NCBI GenBank assembly: GCA_038231135.1
Contig: JBBRLX010000033.1
Coordinates: 1 to 47,848 of the forward strand
DNA length: 47,848 nt
Direction of reading: 5' to 3'
Origin: Candidatus Eiseniibacteriota bacterium
GTDB taxonomy: Bacteria; Eisenbacteria; RBG-16-71-46
The position numbers and the translations under genes were made by a program. Below the pieces are notes generated by a model, which saw nothing but the letters and a program-made list of their open reading frames with translations, was not told the origin of the DNA and ran no database searches. This document shows, in pieces, positions 1-8,857 of this stretch (positions are counted from its first letter, which is position 1; the number at the start of each line of letters is the position of its first letter).

Positions 1-137
1 ATCGAGCGCTTGTTCGCTTGGCTCCAGAACTTCCGCAGGTTGATCACTCGTCACGAGTACGACGTCCTCAACTTTCTCGGCTTCGTTCAGCTCGGTTGTA
101 TCGTCATCCTGCTGCGACAGTATTTATGAGACAGCTT
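1..137 (+). mobile_element. IS5-family insertion sequence, right end (transposase C-terminus 1..129 plus terminal sequence)
   Basis: Frame +1 reads [42 protein letters not shown] (TGA 127-129), a typical IS5-family DDE C-terminus. It is followed by GACAGCTT and a CTAG (138-141) candidate target site. Confidence 0.85.
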
Positions 138-653
138 CTAGTGTTCCGTCTCGTCTTCCGCCGGCTTGCCGCGGCGGAACAGCTCGGCCCAGTCCTCGAG
201 CTCCTTCTTGGAGATCGACACCGGCTTCTCGGGCTCACCCTCGCGCACCGGGCCGAGCGTGCTCGACAGGAACAGGTCCGACAGCGCGATGTCGGCGCCC
301 ATCGCACGCGCGTGCCGCGCCACTTCGAGATCGGCGGTCACCACGGTGACCCGGACGCCGCGGTCGATGCGCTCCTCGACCAGCCGGCGGATGACGTCGT
401 CCGCGCTGTCGGGCGGGCGCGAGAATCGCACCTCGACCCGCGCCGAGCGCTGGTCCCTGCCGCCGCCACCCGCGCCGTCGAACACCACGATGAACCGCGC
501 GTCACCGGTCCCGATCGCCCACGCCAGCAGGTTGAGCAGCTTGTCGCGCGACTGCTCGAGCGTGCGCTCGGGGCCGGGCTTGAGCTGCTCGGTGCGGTGG
601 ACGAGGTTGTAGCCGTCGACGATGATCAGGCGTTCGCTGTCGTTCTCGCTCAT
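138..653 (-). CDS. NYN-domain (YacP/Rae1-like PIN) ribonuclease
   Basis: LIIVDGYNLV, IVVFDG, DSADDVI and VVTAD motifs of YacP-like NYN proteins; start MSENDSER at 653. Confidence 0.85.
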   Translation of the reverse strand: MSENDSERLIIVDGYNLVHRTEQLKPGPERTLEQSRDKLLNLLAWAIGTGDARFIVVFDGAGGGGRDQRSARVEVRFSRPPDSADDVIRRLVEERIDRGVRVTVVTADLEVARHARAMGADIALSDLFLSSTLGPVREGEPEKPVSISKKELEDWAELFRRGKPAEDETEH

Positions 654-730
654 GCGGTCCCGCGATCGGGTGCGTTGCCGTCCACGAGCCCGGGGAGCAC
701 GCGGTGAGCGCTGAACCCCGGGCCGTACTG

Positions 731-1981
731 TCAGGGCAGGCCGCCGGTCACGGTGTGCAGGATGACGCCCTGCTCGCCCACCGCCCAGCCGCGCTGCGCA
801 TCGACGAAGCATAGCGCGTCGAGCCGGGCCAGGGTACTCACGACCTGCGGCGCCCACGTCGCGCCGCCGTCGTCGCTGCGCAGCACGACGCCGGCGCCGT
901 TGCTGCCGCTCGCGAACCCGGTGGCAGGGATCGGGAAACACACGGCGCGCAGATCGAACAGCGAGCCCGCGTTCCCGAGCTGCCACGCGGCCGTATCCGC
1001 GCTGGCGACGGTGAACGGCGCCACGCCGACCGCACCCACGGCCGCGGCCTGTGGCACCGAGTTGCGCCATACGCCGCGCAGCGACTGGGCGGTGACCGAC
1101 GGCACCACCACGTACCACGAGTCGCCGCGATCGTGCGTGCCGAGAATCGATCCGTTGTCGCCGACGACCCAGCCGTCGCGCGTGCCCGCGAACGACACCG
1201 AGCGCAGCGCCGACGTCGTCCGGTTCAGCCGCTGCCACGTGGCGCCGCGGTCGAACGTGCGCAGGATCAGCCCGTGCCCGCCGACCACCCAGCCGGTGTC
1301 GCGCGAGGCGAACCACACGCCGTGCAGGTCCTCCGCCGACGCGATGTTCGAGAGCCGCGCCCACGTGACGCCGCCGTTCGTCGTGTGCAGCACGGTGCCG
1401 CTGCCGCCCGCGATCCAGCCTTCGGCGGCGCTCGTGAACCGGACCGCCTCGAGCCCCAGCGTGGTGCCGGAGGCCTGGGGCGCCCAATGCGTGCCGCCGT
1501 CGCTGGTGGCGAGCACGAGACCGATGTCGCCCGCCGCCCAGCCGTGGGCGCCGTCGGCCGCGAACGCGACTGCGTGGAGCGGTGTGGTCGTGCCGCTGAT
1601 CTGCGCGAACCAACCGCGCTGGGCGGCCACGACGAACACCACCGCGGTGTCCGCCGCCGCGCCCGACGTCACGGTCAGCGTCGCCGCACCCTCGCCGACG
1701 CCGCGCACGTGCCCGGCGCCATCCACCGTGAACACCGACGGGTTCGAACTGTGGAACGCGAGCGCGGCGGCGATCACGACGTGGGCCGAGTCGTAAGCCG
1801 TGACCGTGAACGCGAACGTGGCGTCGATCGCGACGCGGCCTGTATCGGGTGACAGCACCAGCGAATCGGCGTTGGGCAGCACGACGCGAGGCGCGGTGGG
1901 AGTGTTGCTGCAGCCCGCGATCACGACCGCGAGTCCAACGGATGCGGCGATCGCCGCCGCGCGACGGGTGATGCGGTGCAT
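731..1981 (-). CDS. Lipoprotein with Ig-like (Big_2) domain and YCF48/BNR-repeat beta-propeller
   Basis: Lipobox VIAGC; SSNPSVFTVDGAGHVRGVGEG Ig-like motif; repeated T/S-x-DGG-x-x-W Asp-boxes and GWxVG motifs. Confidence 0.8.
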   Translation of the reverse strand: MHRITRRAAAIAASVGLAVVIAGCSNTPTAPRVVLPNADSLVLSPDTGRVAIDATFAFTVTAYDSAHVVIAAALAFHSSNPSVFTVDGAGHVRGVGEGAATLTVTSGAAADTAVVFVVAAQRGWFAQISGTTTPLHAVAFAADGAHGWAAGDIGLVLATSDGGTHWAPQASGTTLGLEAVRFTSAAEGWIAGGSGTVLHTTNGGVTWARLSNIASAEDLHGVWFASRDTGWVVGGHGLILRTFDRGATWQRLNRTTSALRSVSFAGTRDGWVVGDNGSILGTHDRGDSWYVVVPSVTAQSLRGVWRNSVPQAAAVGAVGVAPFTVASADTAAWQLGNAGSLFDLRAVCFPIPATGFASGSNGAGVVLRSDDGGATWAPQVVSTLARLDALCFVDAQRGWAVGEQGVILHTVTGGLP

Positions 1982-2103
1982 GGCATTACCTCGAGAAGAC
2001 GAAACCGGCTGCCGGCCGCGGAGGGTACCGCGAAGCCGCCCATGGGATTCCCGCCGCGAAATTGCAATTCGGAGGCCATCGGCGGTCCCCGTGTAAACGC
2101 GCA

Positions 2104-2112
2104 TGCTACAAT
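2104..2112 (+). promoter_or_regulatory. Putative extended -10 promoter (TGcTACAAT) for the ABC operon
   Basis: TGCTACAAT at 2104-2112, about 200 nt before the ATG at 2310. Confidence 0.45.
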
Positions 2113-2159
2113 GCTCCGCGCGTCGCGTCCCGTCGCCGGGCGAGATCGCAGGTCGATCC

Positions 2160-2306
2160 ACAGCCGCTGACGGTCACTTCCCGACCGGAGGCTGTTGAGG
2201 GGCGGAGCCGTTGTCCTCTAGGCTGACCGCCGAATTGTTCAGACCGTGTCCGCTCCTGGGCGCGGCGCCGTCCCCCGTCTCTCCAGTTCCGCCCCTCTGC
2301 GGGAGT
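2160..2306 (+). ncRNA. Candidate cis-regulatory leader with kink-turn hairpin and anti-SD loop
   Basis: ACAGCC-GCT-GA-CGGTC-ACTTCCC-GACCG-GA-GGCTGT; 12-bp stem 2197-2208/2286-2297; loop ACTTCC is complementary to the SD GGGAGT at 2301-2306. Confidence 0.45.
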
Positions 2307-2309
2307 CTC

Positions 2310-3257
2310 ATGCTCGAAATCCAGGACGTCACGAAGACCTACGACGGCGTCGCCGTCGTGAACCACGTTTCGTTCGAGGTGAATCCCGGCGAGATCTTCG
2401 CGCTGCTGGGCCCGAACGGCGCCGGCAAGACGACGCTGATCCGGATGATCACCGACATCCTCAAGCCCGACTCGGGCTCGATCCGGCTCGACGGGCTGCC
2501 GCCGGGACCGGAACGCCGCCGCCGCGTGGCGTATCTGCCCGAGGAGCGCGGCCTCTACAAGCGCTCCAAGGTGGCGGAGGTACTCACCTACTGGGGCACG
2601 CTCAAGAACCTGAGCGCCGCCGACGCGGCACGCGAGGCGAAGGCGCTGCTGGCGCGCGTGGAGCTCGCCGACTGGTCGGACAAGCAGGTGCAGACGCTGT
2701 CGAAGGGCATGCAGCAGAAGGTGCAGCTGTGCACGGCGCTGATCGGCAGCCCGCGGCTCCTGATCCTGGACGAGCCGTTCAGCGGGCTCGACCCCGTGAA
2801 CGTGCAACTGCTCGAGGACATCCTCAGCGAGCGCCGCGCCGCGGGCGCCACCGTGCTGCTGTCGACCCATCAAATGAACAAGGTCGAGGAGCTGTGCGAC
2901 CGGGCGCTGATGATGCACAAGGGCCGCATGGTGCTCTACGGCACCGTGCGCGACATCCGGCGCCAGTACGCGGATCACGCGATCGTGGTGCGAGCCCAGG
3001 GCGTGCTCGACGGGCTGCCCGGCGTGCGGTCGATCGAGGTGTTCAACGGCGACCGCAAGCTGGTGCTCGAGCCGTCGGCGACCACGGGTTCGGTACTGCG
3101 GGCGATGCTCGATCGCGGCATCGAAATCGAATCGCTGGCCCTCGCGGAGCTGCCGCTGGAGGACGTGTTCGTGAAGGTGGTCCGGGAGGGGCTCGGCATG
3201 ACGCCGGCGCAGGACGTGTCGCTGGCGGAACCGGTCGCCGTGGGAGGTGCGCGATGA
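2310..3257 (+). CDS. ABC-2 type transporter ATP-binding protein (NatA-like)
   Basis: Walker A GPNGAGKTT, signature LSKGMQQK, Walker B LILDEP, H-loop STH; SD GGGAG. Confidence 0.92.
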   Translation: MLEIQDVTKTYDGVAVVNHVSFEVNPGEIFALLGPNGAGKTTLIRMITDILKPDSGSIRLDGLPPGPERRRRVAYLPEERGLYKRSKVAEVLTYWGTLKNLSAADAAREAKALLARVELADWSDKQVQTLSKGMQQKVQLCTALIGSPRLLILDEPFSGLDPVNVQLLEDILSERRAAGATVLLSTHQMNKVEELCDRALMMHKGRMVLYGTVRDIRRQYADHAIVVRAQGVLDGLPGVRSIEVFNGDRKLVLEPSATTGSVLRAMLDRGIEIESLALAELPLEDVFVKVVREGLGMTPAQDVSLAEPVAVGGAR

Positions 3258-4537
3258 ACTGGCACCAGATCCTCACGATCGCCCGCCGCGAGTATCTCGC
3301 CGCCGTGCGCCGCAAGGCGTTCCTGTTCACTGCCATCGGCACCCCGCTGTACTTCGGGTTCGTCATGTTCGTCTCGATCGGACCGGCGGCGAAGGAGAAG
3401 CTGTCGGCGCTCAAGGAATTCAACGTGCTCGGCGTGGTGGATTCGTCCGGGCTCTACTCGCACGCCCCGAACGAGATCTTCACCGACCTGGCCCTCGCGG
3501 CCCCGTCGATCGGCGCGCCGATGCCGTCGCAGATGGTCCGCACCCAGGTGGTGTTCTTCCCCGACATGCCGGCCGCCGAGAAGGCGCTGCGGGCCTCGGC
3601 GGTGAACCAGGTGCTGGTGATCCCGTCCAATTACCTGGTGAAGGGTGCACTGCGCCGCTACGCGCGATCGTCGAATCTGTTCTCGAATGCCGATCGCCAA
3701 CCGATCGCCACCTGGCTCGTGCAGGGCATGATCGGTAACTCGCTCGATTCGCTGCGCACCGCGCGCGTCGCGCGGCCCACGCTCGGCATGGACCTCTACG
3801 CGCTCGACCGCAACGGGCAATTCGAGCTCAAGGACGGCAAGCGCGATCTCGTCGACTTCCTGCTGCCGTTCGCATTCGCGATGCTGCTGGGCCTGAGCAT
3901 CACGGTGGGCGGCCAGTACCTGCTCACCGGCGTCGCCGAGGAGAAGGAGTCGCGCATCCTGGAATCGCTGCTGTGCACCGTCACCCCCGAGGAGTTGCTC
4001 GGCGGGAAGCTGGTGGGATTGGGTGCCGCCGGGCTCACGCTGGTGGGGATCTGGGTCGCGATGGGAATCCCGGCGCTCGGCGCGGCGGCGCTGGCCGTGA
4101 AGCCGACGTTCCCGCCCGGCATCATCCTGATCGCGCTGGCCTATTTCGCGCTGGCGTATCTGTTCTACGGCAGCCTGATGACCGGCATCGGGTCGGTCAC
4201 GAACAACATGCGCGAGGCGCAGCAGTTCGGCGTGTGGTTCTCGTTCCTGAACTTCGCGCCGATGATCGGCATGTCGCTGTTGCTGGCCCATCCGTCGGGA
4301 CCGCTGGCGACCGGACTGTCGCTGTTCCCGCCCACCGCCGCCACGGCGATGATGCTGCGGCTCATGGCGCCATCGTCGGTGGTGCCGATGTGGCAGCTTG
4401 GCCTCTCGCTGGGGTTGCTGGCGCTGGCCGGCTGGCTCGCGCTGACGATCTCGGCCCGGATCTTCCGCGTGGGGCTCCTGATGTACGGCAAGACGCCGAA
4501 CCTGCCCGAGATCATGAGGTGGGCGCGCACACCTTAA
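3254..4537 (+). CDS. ABC-2 type transporter permease (NatB-like)
   Basis: IARREYL N-terminus, VAEEKESRILESLL motif, multiple TM helices; ATGA overlap with the ATPase gene. Confidence 0.9.
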   Translation: MNWHQILTIARREYLAAVRRKAFLFTAIGTPLYFGFVMFVSIGPAAKEKLSALKEFNVLGVVDSSGLYSHAPNEIFTDLALAAPSIGAPMPSQMVRTQVVFFPDMPAAEKALRASAVNQVLVIPSNYLVKGALRRYARSSNLFSNADRQPIATWLVQGMIGNSLDSLRTARVARPTLGMDLYALDRNGQFELKDGKRDLVDFLLPFAFAMLLGLSITVGGQYLLTGVAEEKESRILESLLCTVTPEELLGGKLVGLGAAGLTLVGIWVAMGIPALGAAALAVKPTFPPGIILIALAYFALAYLFYGSLMTGIGSVTNNMREAQQFGVWFSFLNFAPMIGMSLLLAHPSGPLATGLSLFPPTAATAMMLRLMAPSSVVPMWQLGLSLGLLALAGWLALTISARIFRVGLLMYGKTPNLPEIMRWARTP

Positions 4538-4924
4538 GGCCGAAGGCCAGGGTGTCCCGGGCCACAGCCGAGGCGGCCCGGGGCGCGCTCCGTGACGGCC
4601 TCAGGGGCCTCCTGGATGCCGCAGGAAGCCCTTCACGGGCCCGTTTGGGCGGGGGGGGGGGGGCGGGGGCCGCGGAAGGGTTGGGGACTGGGCCTGACCG
4701 GGTGGCCCAAGCGTGGAGTCCGGCCGCCCCCCACCGGGCGGGTCGCAGCATGGCGCCGATCCCCCCAAACCGGCCTCCCGGACGATTCCGGCCACGCATG
4801 TTGCAATTTGCCGACGCAATATCAGCCGTTTCGCCCGTATCCGGATGTGACAGAGTTTTCACTTGGCAATGGGGAAGCCTGAGCGCACAATTGTTTAGCG
4901 AGATTCGACGTGAATTTCGGGTCC

Positions 4925-4940
4925 CGGAACGGGACTTGCG
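4925..4940 (+). promoter_or_regulatory. Putative sigma54 -24/-12 promoter
   Basis: CGGAACGGGACTTGC: GG(4926-27)-N10-GC(4938-39) with TTGC; TGC-N11-GCA palindrome upstream at 4802-4818. Confidence 0.55.
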
Positions 4941-5132
4941 ATGGTTGCACCGGCGGCCGGCGAAGACCCGGCTCCCAAAAAAGATTCAAGAGTCTGTCGG
5001 CGGTCAGTAAAGACCTGGGTCTCAAACGGCCCCTGAGTGCCGGTGGTGTGGAAACGTGTGGATAGGCAACAAGCGCCGCATCGCCGTTTCCCTCTTGACC
5101 CGCGGACGCCCTCGTCCGCGAAATAACGGGAT

Positions 5133-5164
5133 CGCCCGGTCCATGGCCGGGCGCTTTCGTTTGT
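5133..5164 (+). terminator. Putative intrinsic terminator upstream of nadE
   Basis: CGCCCGG/CCGGGCG stem followed by TTTCGTTTGT. Confidence 0.5.
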
Positions 5165-5228
5165 GGCCGGAGGGTCTGGCGCCCAAAACTTGCGCGCCGG
5201 CCCGTAACCACAGAGAATCCAAGCGTCT

Positions 5229-7019
5229 ATGCGACAGCTCCGGCTGGGCCTCGCCCAGCTCAACCCGACCGTCGGCGATCTCGACGGTAATTTCGCCCGC
5301 GCGGTGTCGACCATTGCCCGCGCCCGGGAGCAGGGCGTCGATGTCCTCGCGTTCCCGGAGATGTTCATCACCGGATACCCGCCCGAGGACCTGCTGCTCA
5401 AGCCCTCGTTCATCGGCCAGGCGATCGAGCGGACCCGTGCACTGCTCCCCTACACCACCGGCATGACGGCCGTGGTGGGCACCGTGGAGCGGGACGTCGA
5501 CCTCTACAACGCCGCCGCCGTGCTGCACGACGGGCACTGGGTGGGCACCTACCGTAAGCGCTACCTGCCGAACTACGGCGTGTTCGACGAGAACCGTTAC
5601 TTCATGCCGGGCACCCGGAATCCGGTGTTCGTGCGTGGCGGCACCGTGATCGGCGTCAACGTGTGCGAGGACATCTGGTACCCGGGCGGACCGGTCGAGG
5701 ACCAGGTGCTGCGCGGCGGGGCCGAGATCGTGGTGAACCTGTCGGCGTCGCCGTATCACGCGGGCAAGGCGCAGCAGCGCCGCCGCATGCTGTGCACCCG
5801 CGCCGCCGACAATCTCGCAGTGGTTTGCTACGTGAATCTGGTCGGCGGCCAGGACGAGGTCGTCTACGACGGCTGCAGCCTGGTGGTGGACGAGCAGGGC
5901 CAGGTGCTGGCCGAGGGCGCGATGTTCGAGGAGGACCTGGTGGTGGCCGACATCGACCTCGACGCGGTGTTCAGCGCCCGGCTCCACGATCCGCGGCTCC
6001 GCAAGGGCCGCGCGTTCGAGACCGGAGAACCGTCGCCGCGGCTCGACCTGCCGATGGCGCCGCCACCGACCGCGCTGCCCGCCGCCGGCGGCGGCGGCAC
6101 CGCGGTTGAAGTGTGGACCAAGCCCGCGCTCGAGCGGCGGCCGGAGCTCGATACGCGCGAGCTGATCCCCGAGATCTACGACGCGCTGGTGCTCGGCACC
6201 CGCGACTACGCCACCAAGAACGGCTTCAGCAAGGCGGTGCTGGGCCTGTCGGGCGGCATCGATTCGTCGCTGTGCGCGTGCATCGCCGCCGACGCGATCG
6301 GCGCCGGCAACGTGGTGGGCGTGTTCATGCCGTCGCCCTACACCTCGGACATATCGCGCGAGGACGCCGAGGCGCTCGCACGCACGCTCGGCATGCCGTT
6401 CTACACCATCTCGATCCGCGAGGTGTTCCAGCAATACCTGACGTCGCTGGCGCCCGCGCTCGAAGGCCCGGCACCCGGCGTGACCGCGGAGAATCTCCAG
6501 GCGCGCATTCGCGGCAACTATTTGATGGCGATGTCGAACGCGTACGGCTGGCTGGTGCTCACGACCGGCAACAAGAGCGAGGTGTCGGTCGGCTACAGCA
6601 CGCTGTACGGCGACACCGCCGGCGGGTTCGCGGTGCTGAAGGACGTCTACAAGACCACGGTGTTCCAGCTCTCCGGCTGGCGGAACGAGCGCCCCGGATT
6701 GCCGCCGATCCCTGAGCGCACGCTGACGCGCCCGCCAACCGCCGAGCTGAGGGCGGACCAGACGGACCAGGACACGCTGCCCCCGTATGCCGTGCTCGAC
6801 CCCATCCTGCGCCTGTACGTGGAGGAGGACCGCTCGGTGAGCGAGATCGCCAGCCTGGGCTACGACACGGACATGGTGCGCCGCATCGTGATCCTGGTGG
6901 ATCGCGCGGAGTACAAGCGCCGCCAGAGCCCGCCCGGCATCAAGATCACGCCGCGCGCGTTCGGCAAGGACCGCCGGCTGCCGATCACGAACCGCTGGAA
7001 GGGCAGCAGCGGGACGTGA
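5229..7019 (+). CDS. nadE: Glutamine-dependent NAD+ synthetase
   Basis: N-terminal nitrilase domain (FPEM, K-x-YLPNYGVFDE, VCEDIW); synthetase motifs GLSGGIDS, ENLQARIRG, TGNKSE, RAEYKRRQ. Confidence 0.95.
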   Translation: MRQLRLGLAQLNPTVGDLDGNFARAVSTIARAREQGVDVLAFPEMFITGYPPEDLLLKPSFIGQAIERTRALLPYTTGMTAVVGTVERDVDLYNAAAVLHDGHWVGTYRKRYLPNYGVFDENRYFMPGTRNPVFVRGGTVIGVNVCEDIWYPGGPVEDQVLRGGAEIVVNLSASPYHAGKAQQRRRMLCTRAADNLAVVCYVNLVGGQDEVVYDGCSLVVDEQGQVLAEGAMFEEDLVVADIDLDAVFSARLHDPRLRKGRAFETGEPSPRLDLPMAPPPTALPAAGGGGTAVEVWTKPALERRPELDTRELIPEIYDALVLGTRDYATKNGFSKAVLGLSGGIDSSLCACIAADAIGAGNVVGVFMPSPYTSDISREDAEALARTLGMPFYTISIREVFQQYLTSLAPALEGPAPGVTAENLQARIRGNYLMAMSNAYGWLVLTTGNKSEVSVGYSTLYGDTAGGFAVLKDVYKTTVFQLSGWRNERPGLPPIPERTLTRPPTAELRADQTDQDTLPPYAVLDPILRLYVEEDRSVSEIASLGYDTDMVRRIVILVDRAEYKRRQSPPGIKITPRAFGKDRRLPITNRWKGSSGT

Positions 7020-7034
7020 GGTTCGGCGTCCCCG

Positions 7035-7319
7035 ATGCGTTCCGCCACCGATCTCGCCCGCGCGCTGAAGCTCGCGCGCCGCAAGCAGGGCGTCCGCATG
7101 AGTGAGCTTGCCGAGCACGGAATCCACCGGCAGGCCTTGAGTCGTCTCGTCACAAGCGGGAAGCTCGAACGAGTGGCCCGCGGTCTGTACAGAAGCCCCG
7201 CGACCCCGCTCACCAAACACCCCGGTCTTGCCCTCGCCAGCGCCGTAGTCCCCCGAGGCGTGGGGGTTTGGACGGGCCCCGTCCACGAAGTCCGGGGGCA
7301 TGCACATGAGTACCGGTAG
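7035..7319 (+). pseudogene. Truncated AbiEi-type (type IV TA) antitoxin, N-terminal wHTH only
   Basis: ELAEHGIHRQALSRLVTSGKLERVARGLY...VPRGV matches the AbiEi N-terminal domain. Similarity appears to end near 7265 and no AbiEii toxin follows. Confidence 0.65.
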
Positions 7320-8109
7320 CGCACGATTTGCGATCTTGTGTATTGCCGCTGGGTTGGTTGCCGGCGGTTGTTCGAAGATTCCGGTATCGGCCGTCGGGAA
7401 CAAGCCGCCCGTATTCGGAGCTTCGGACAGCGTCTTCACGGACCAGCAATTGCGCGCGGCCGCGTACTCGCTGTACGCCGGTCCCGCCGGCTTCTACTCC
7501 GAACAACACCCGGCCACGTATGCAGCGCCGCTCTACATGAGCACGCTCAGCGTGGCACCTTGCGACTCACGCCCGGGCCAATGGGTCGAGCTCTCGACCG
7601 ACGACAGCACGCAGGCCCGAGCCTGGGCCGATGCGAGCGTGGCTTGCGCCAGCGACTCCTTCATCGTAGACGCTGGTCCGCCCACCGTGAACCAACGCTA
7701 CATCGAGTTCGTGACCTACAGGCCGGGTGAAGGGCCGCGGCATCCGCTGCGCGTGCATCGCGCAAGCTATCTTGACCGCTCCGGCTTCGACCGGTTCCAT
7801 CCTGGGCGTTTCATCGGAGTTCTTGTGTTGCGGCCCGTCGACAACGCGGCGGCGCGGGGCGTGGCCGAATACCTTTGGTACGTTGACCATCCGTACGCGT
7901 GGCCGGACACGAGGGTCCTCACATCGTTCAGCCGTGCATCGGCGGGAAGTGTCCTGCACACGGTCTATTTCGTCCGCAGGACGATCGGAATTGGTTTGTT
8001 CGGCTCCTATCCAATCGTCGCGTTGCTCAGGGATGACTTCCGGGTCGACATTGCCAATGGCACGATCACATTCGGCGAGACGTACTTGCGCGAGATCGTC
8101 ACGCGCTGA
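7306..8109 (+). CDS. Hypothetical lipoprotein
   Basis: Signal peptide with lipobox LVAGGC; more A/T-ending codons than flanking genes; no family recognised. Confidence 0.7.
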   Translation: MSTGSARFAILCIAAGLVAGGCSKIPVSAVGNKPPVFGASDSVFTDQQLRAAAYSLYAGPAGFYSEQHPATYAAPLYMSTLSVAPCDSRPGQWVELSTDDSTQARAWADASVACASDSFIVDAGPPTVNQRYIEFVTYRPGEGPRHPLRVHRASYLDRSGFDRFHPGRFIGVLVLRPVDNAAARGVAEYLWYVDHPYAWPDTRVLTSFSRASAGSVLHTVYFVRRTIGIGLFGSYPIVALLRDDFRVDIANGTITFGETYLREIVTR

Positions 8110-8210
8110 TCGCGCCCCTGATTCCACGCAGCACGAGTGACCGTCTACAAATCCCCGTCGGCGGGACGAGCTGGGGATCCGTCAAGATCGTGCATCGGTG
8201 GGTTGCAGTT

Positions 8211-8262
8211 CTTCAATGACGACGCCGGGCCCGTGGTTCAGGACCCGGCGTCGTCATTGAAG
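8211..8262. terminator. 19-bp perfect inverted repeat between convergent genes (bidirectional terminator-like)
   Basis: CTTCAATGACGACGCCGGG (8211-8229) / CCCGGCGTCGTCATTGAAG (8244-8262). Confidence 0.7.
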
Positions 8263-8284
8263 CGTTGTTGAAGAAGCGTTTACG

Positions 8285-8842
8285 TCAAATGCCGGCGCCG
8301 ATCACCAGCGCGAGGCCGCCGTTCACGATGCTGAAGTCATAGGTGCCTGCGGCCGCGATCACGTACAGGCTGAACTGGCCGTCACCCTTGACCTGGGCAA
8401 GCAGCGGCGCCTTGCCGGCGCCAAACAGCGCGGACGATTGGTCCCAGCCAATCTGGATGGGGTTGGGGGTGCCGGTAGAAGCGTCCATGTGGAACGGACC
8501 CCATACACGCACGCCCTGCGCCCGCACCTGGTCCGCCGTCAGAGTCAACGAGGACCCGTCCACCATCCACACCTCCGCGTCGACCGGGATCCCGGAGTTG
8601 TTCGTGACCGTGCCGAGCAGTGCGATGTCTGTGAGATTTTTGATGTTGTCCTTGTGGTCCTTGTACGCCGAGATTTTGTTGAGATCGACGTAAATCCCGT
8701 TCACCAGCGAGGTGTTCGTGACATGGACCGGGTTCGGCAGATCGAATTTGACCAGCACCTGCCCCGACGTGACAAAACAGCCCGTCGCCGTGAGCGCGGC
8801 GAGCGCCAGACTCGGAATCAGTACACGCATCGTGTGTTTCAT
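8285..8842 (-). CDS. Hypothetical lipoprotein
   Basis: SD GGAGG; lipobox LTATGC; beta-rich mature region. Confidence 0.8.
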   Translation of the reverse strand: MKHTMRVLIPSLALAALTATGCFVTSGQVLVKFDLPNPVHVTNTSLVNGIYVDLNKISAYKDHKDNIKNLTDIALLGTVTNNSGIPVDAEVWMVDGSSLTLTADQVRAQGVRVWGPFHMDASTGTPNPIQIGWDQSSALFGAGKAPLLAQVKGDGQFSLYVIAAAGTYDFSIVNGGLALVIGAGI

Positions 8843-8857
8843 GGATGTCTCGCCTCC

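Noticed and set aside
1990..2070. c-di-GMP-I riboswitch-like GGCAGCCGG on the minus strand before the YCF48-like gene
   Set aside because: No GCAAA/GNRA P1-P2 consensus.
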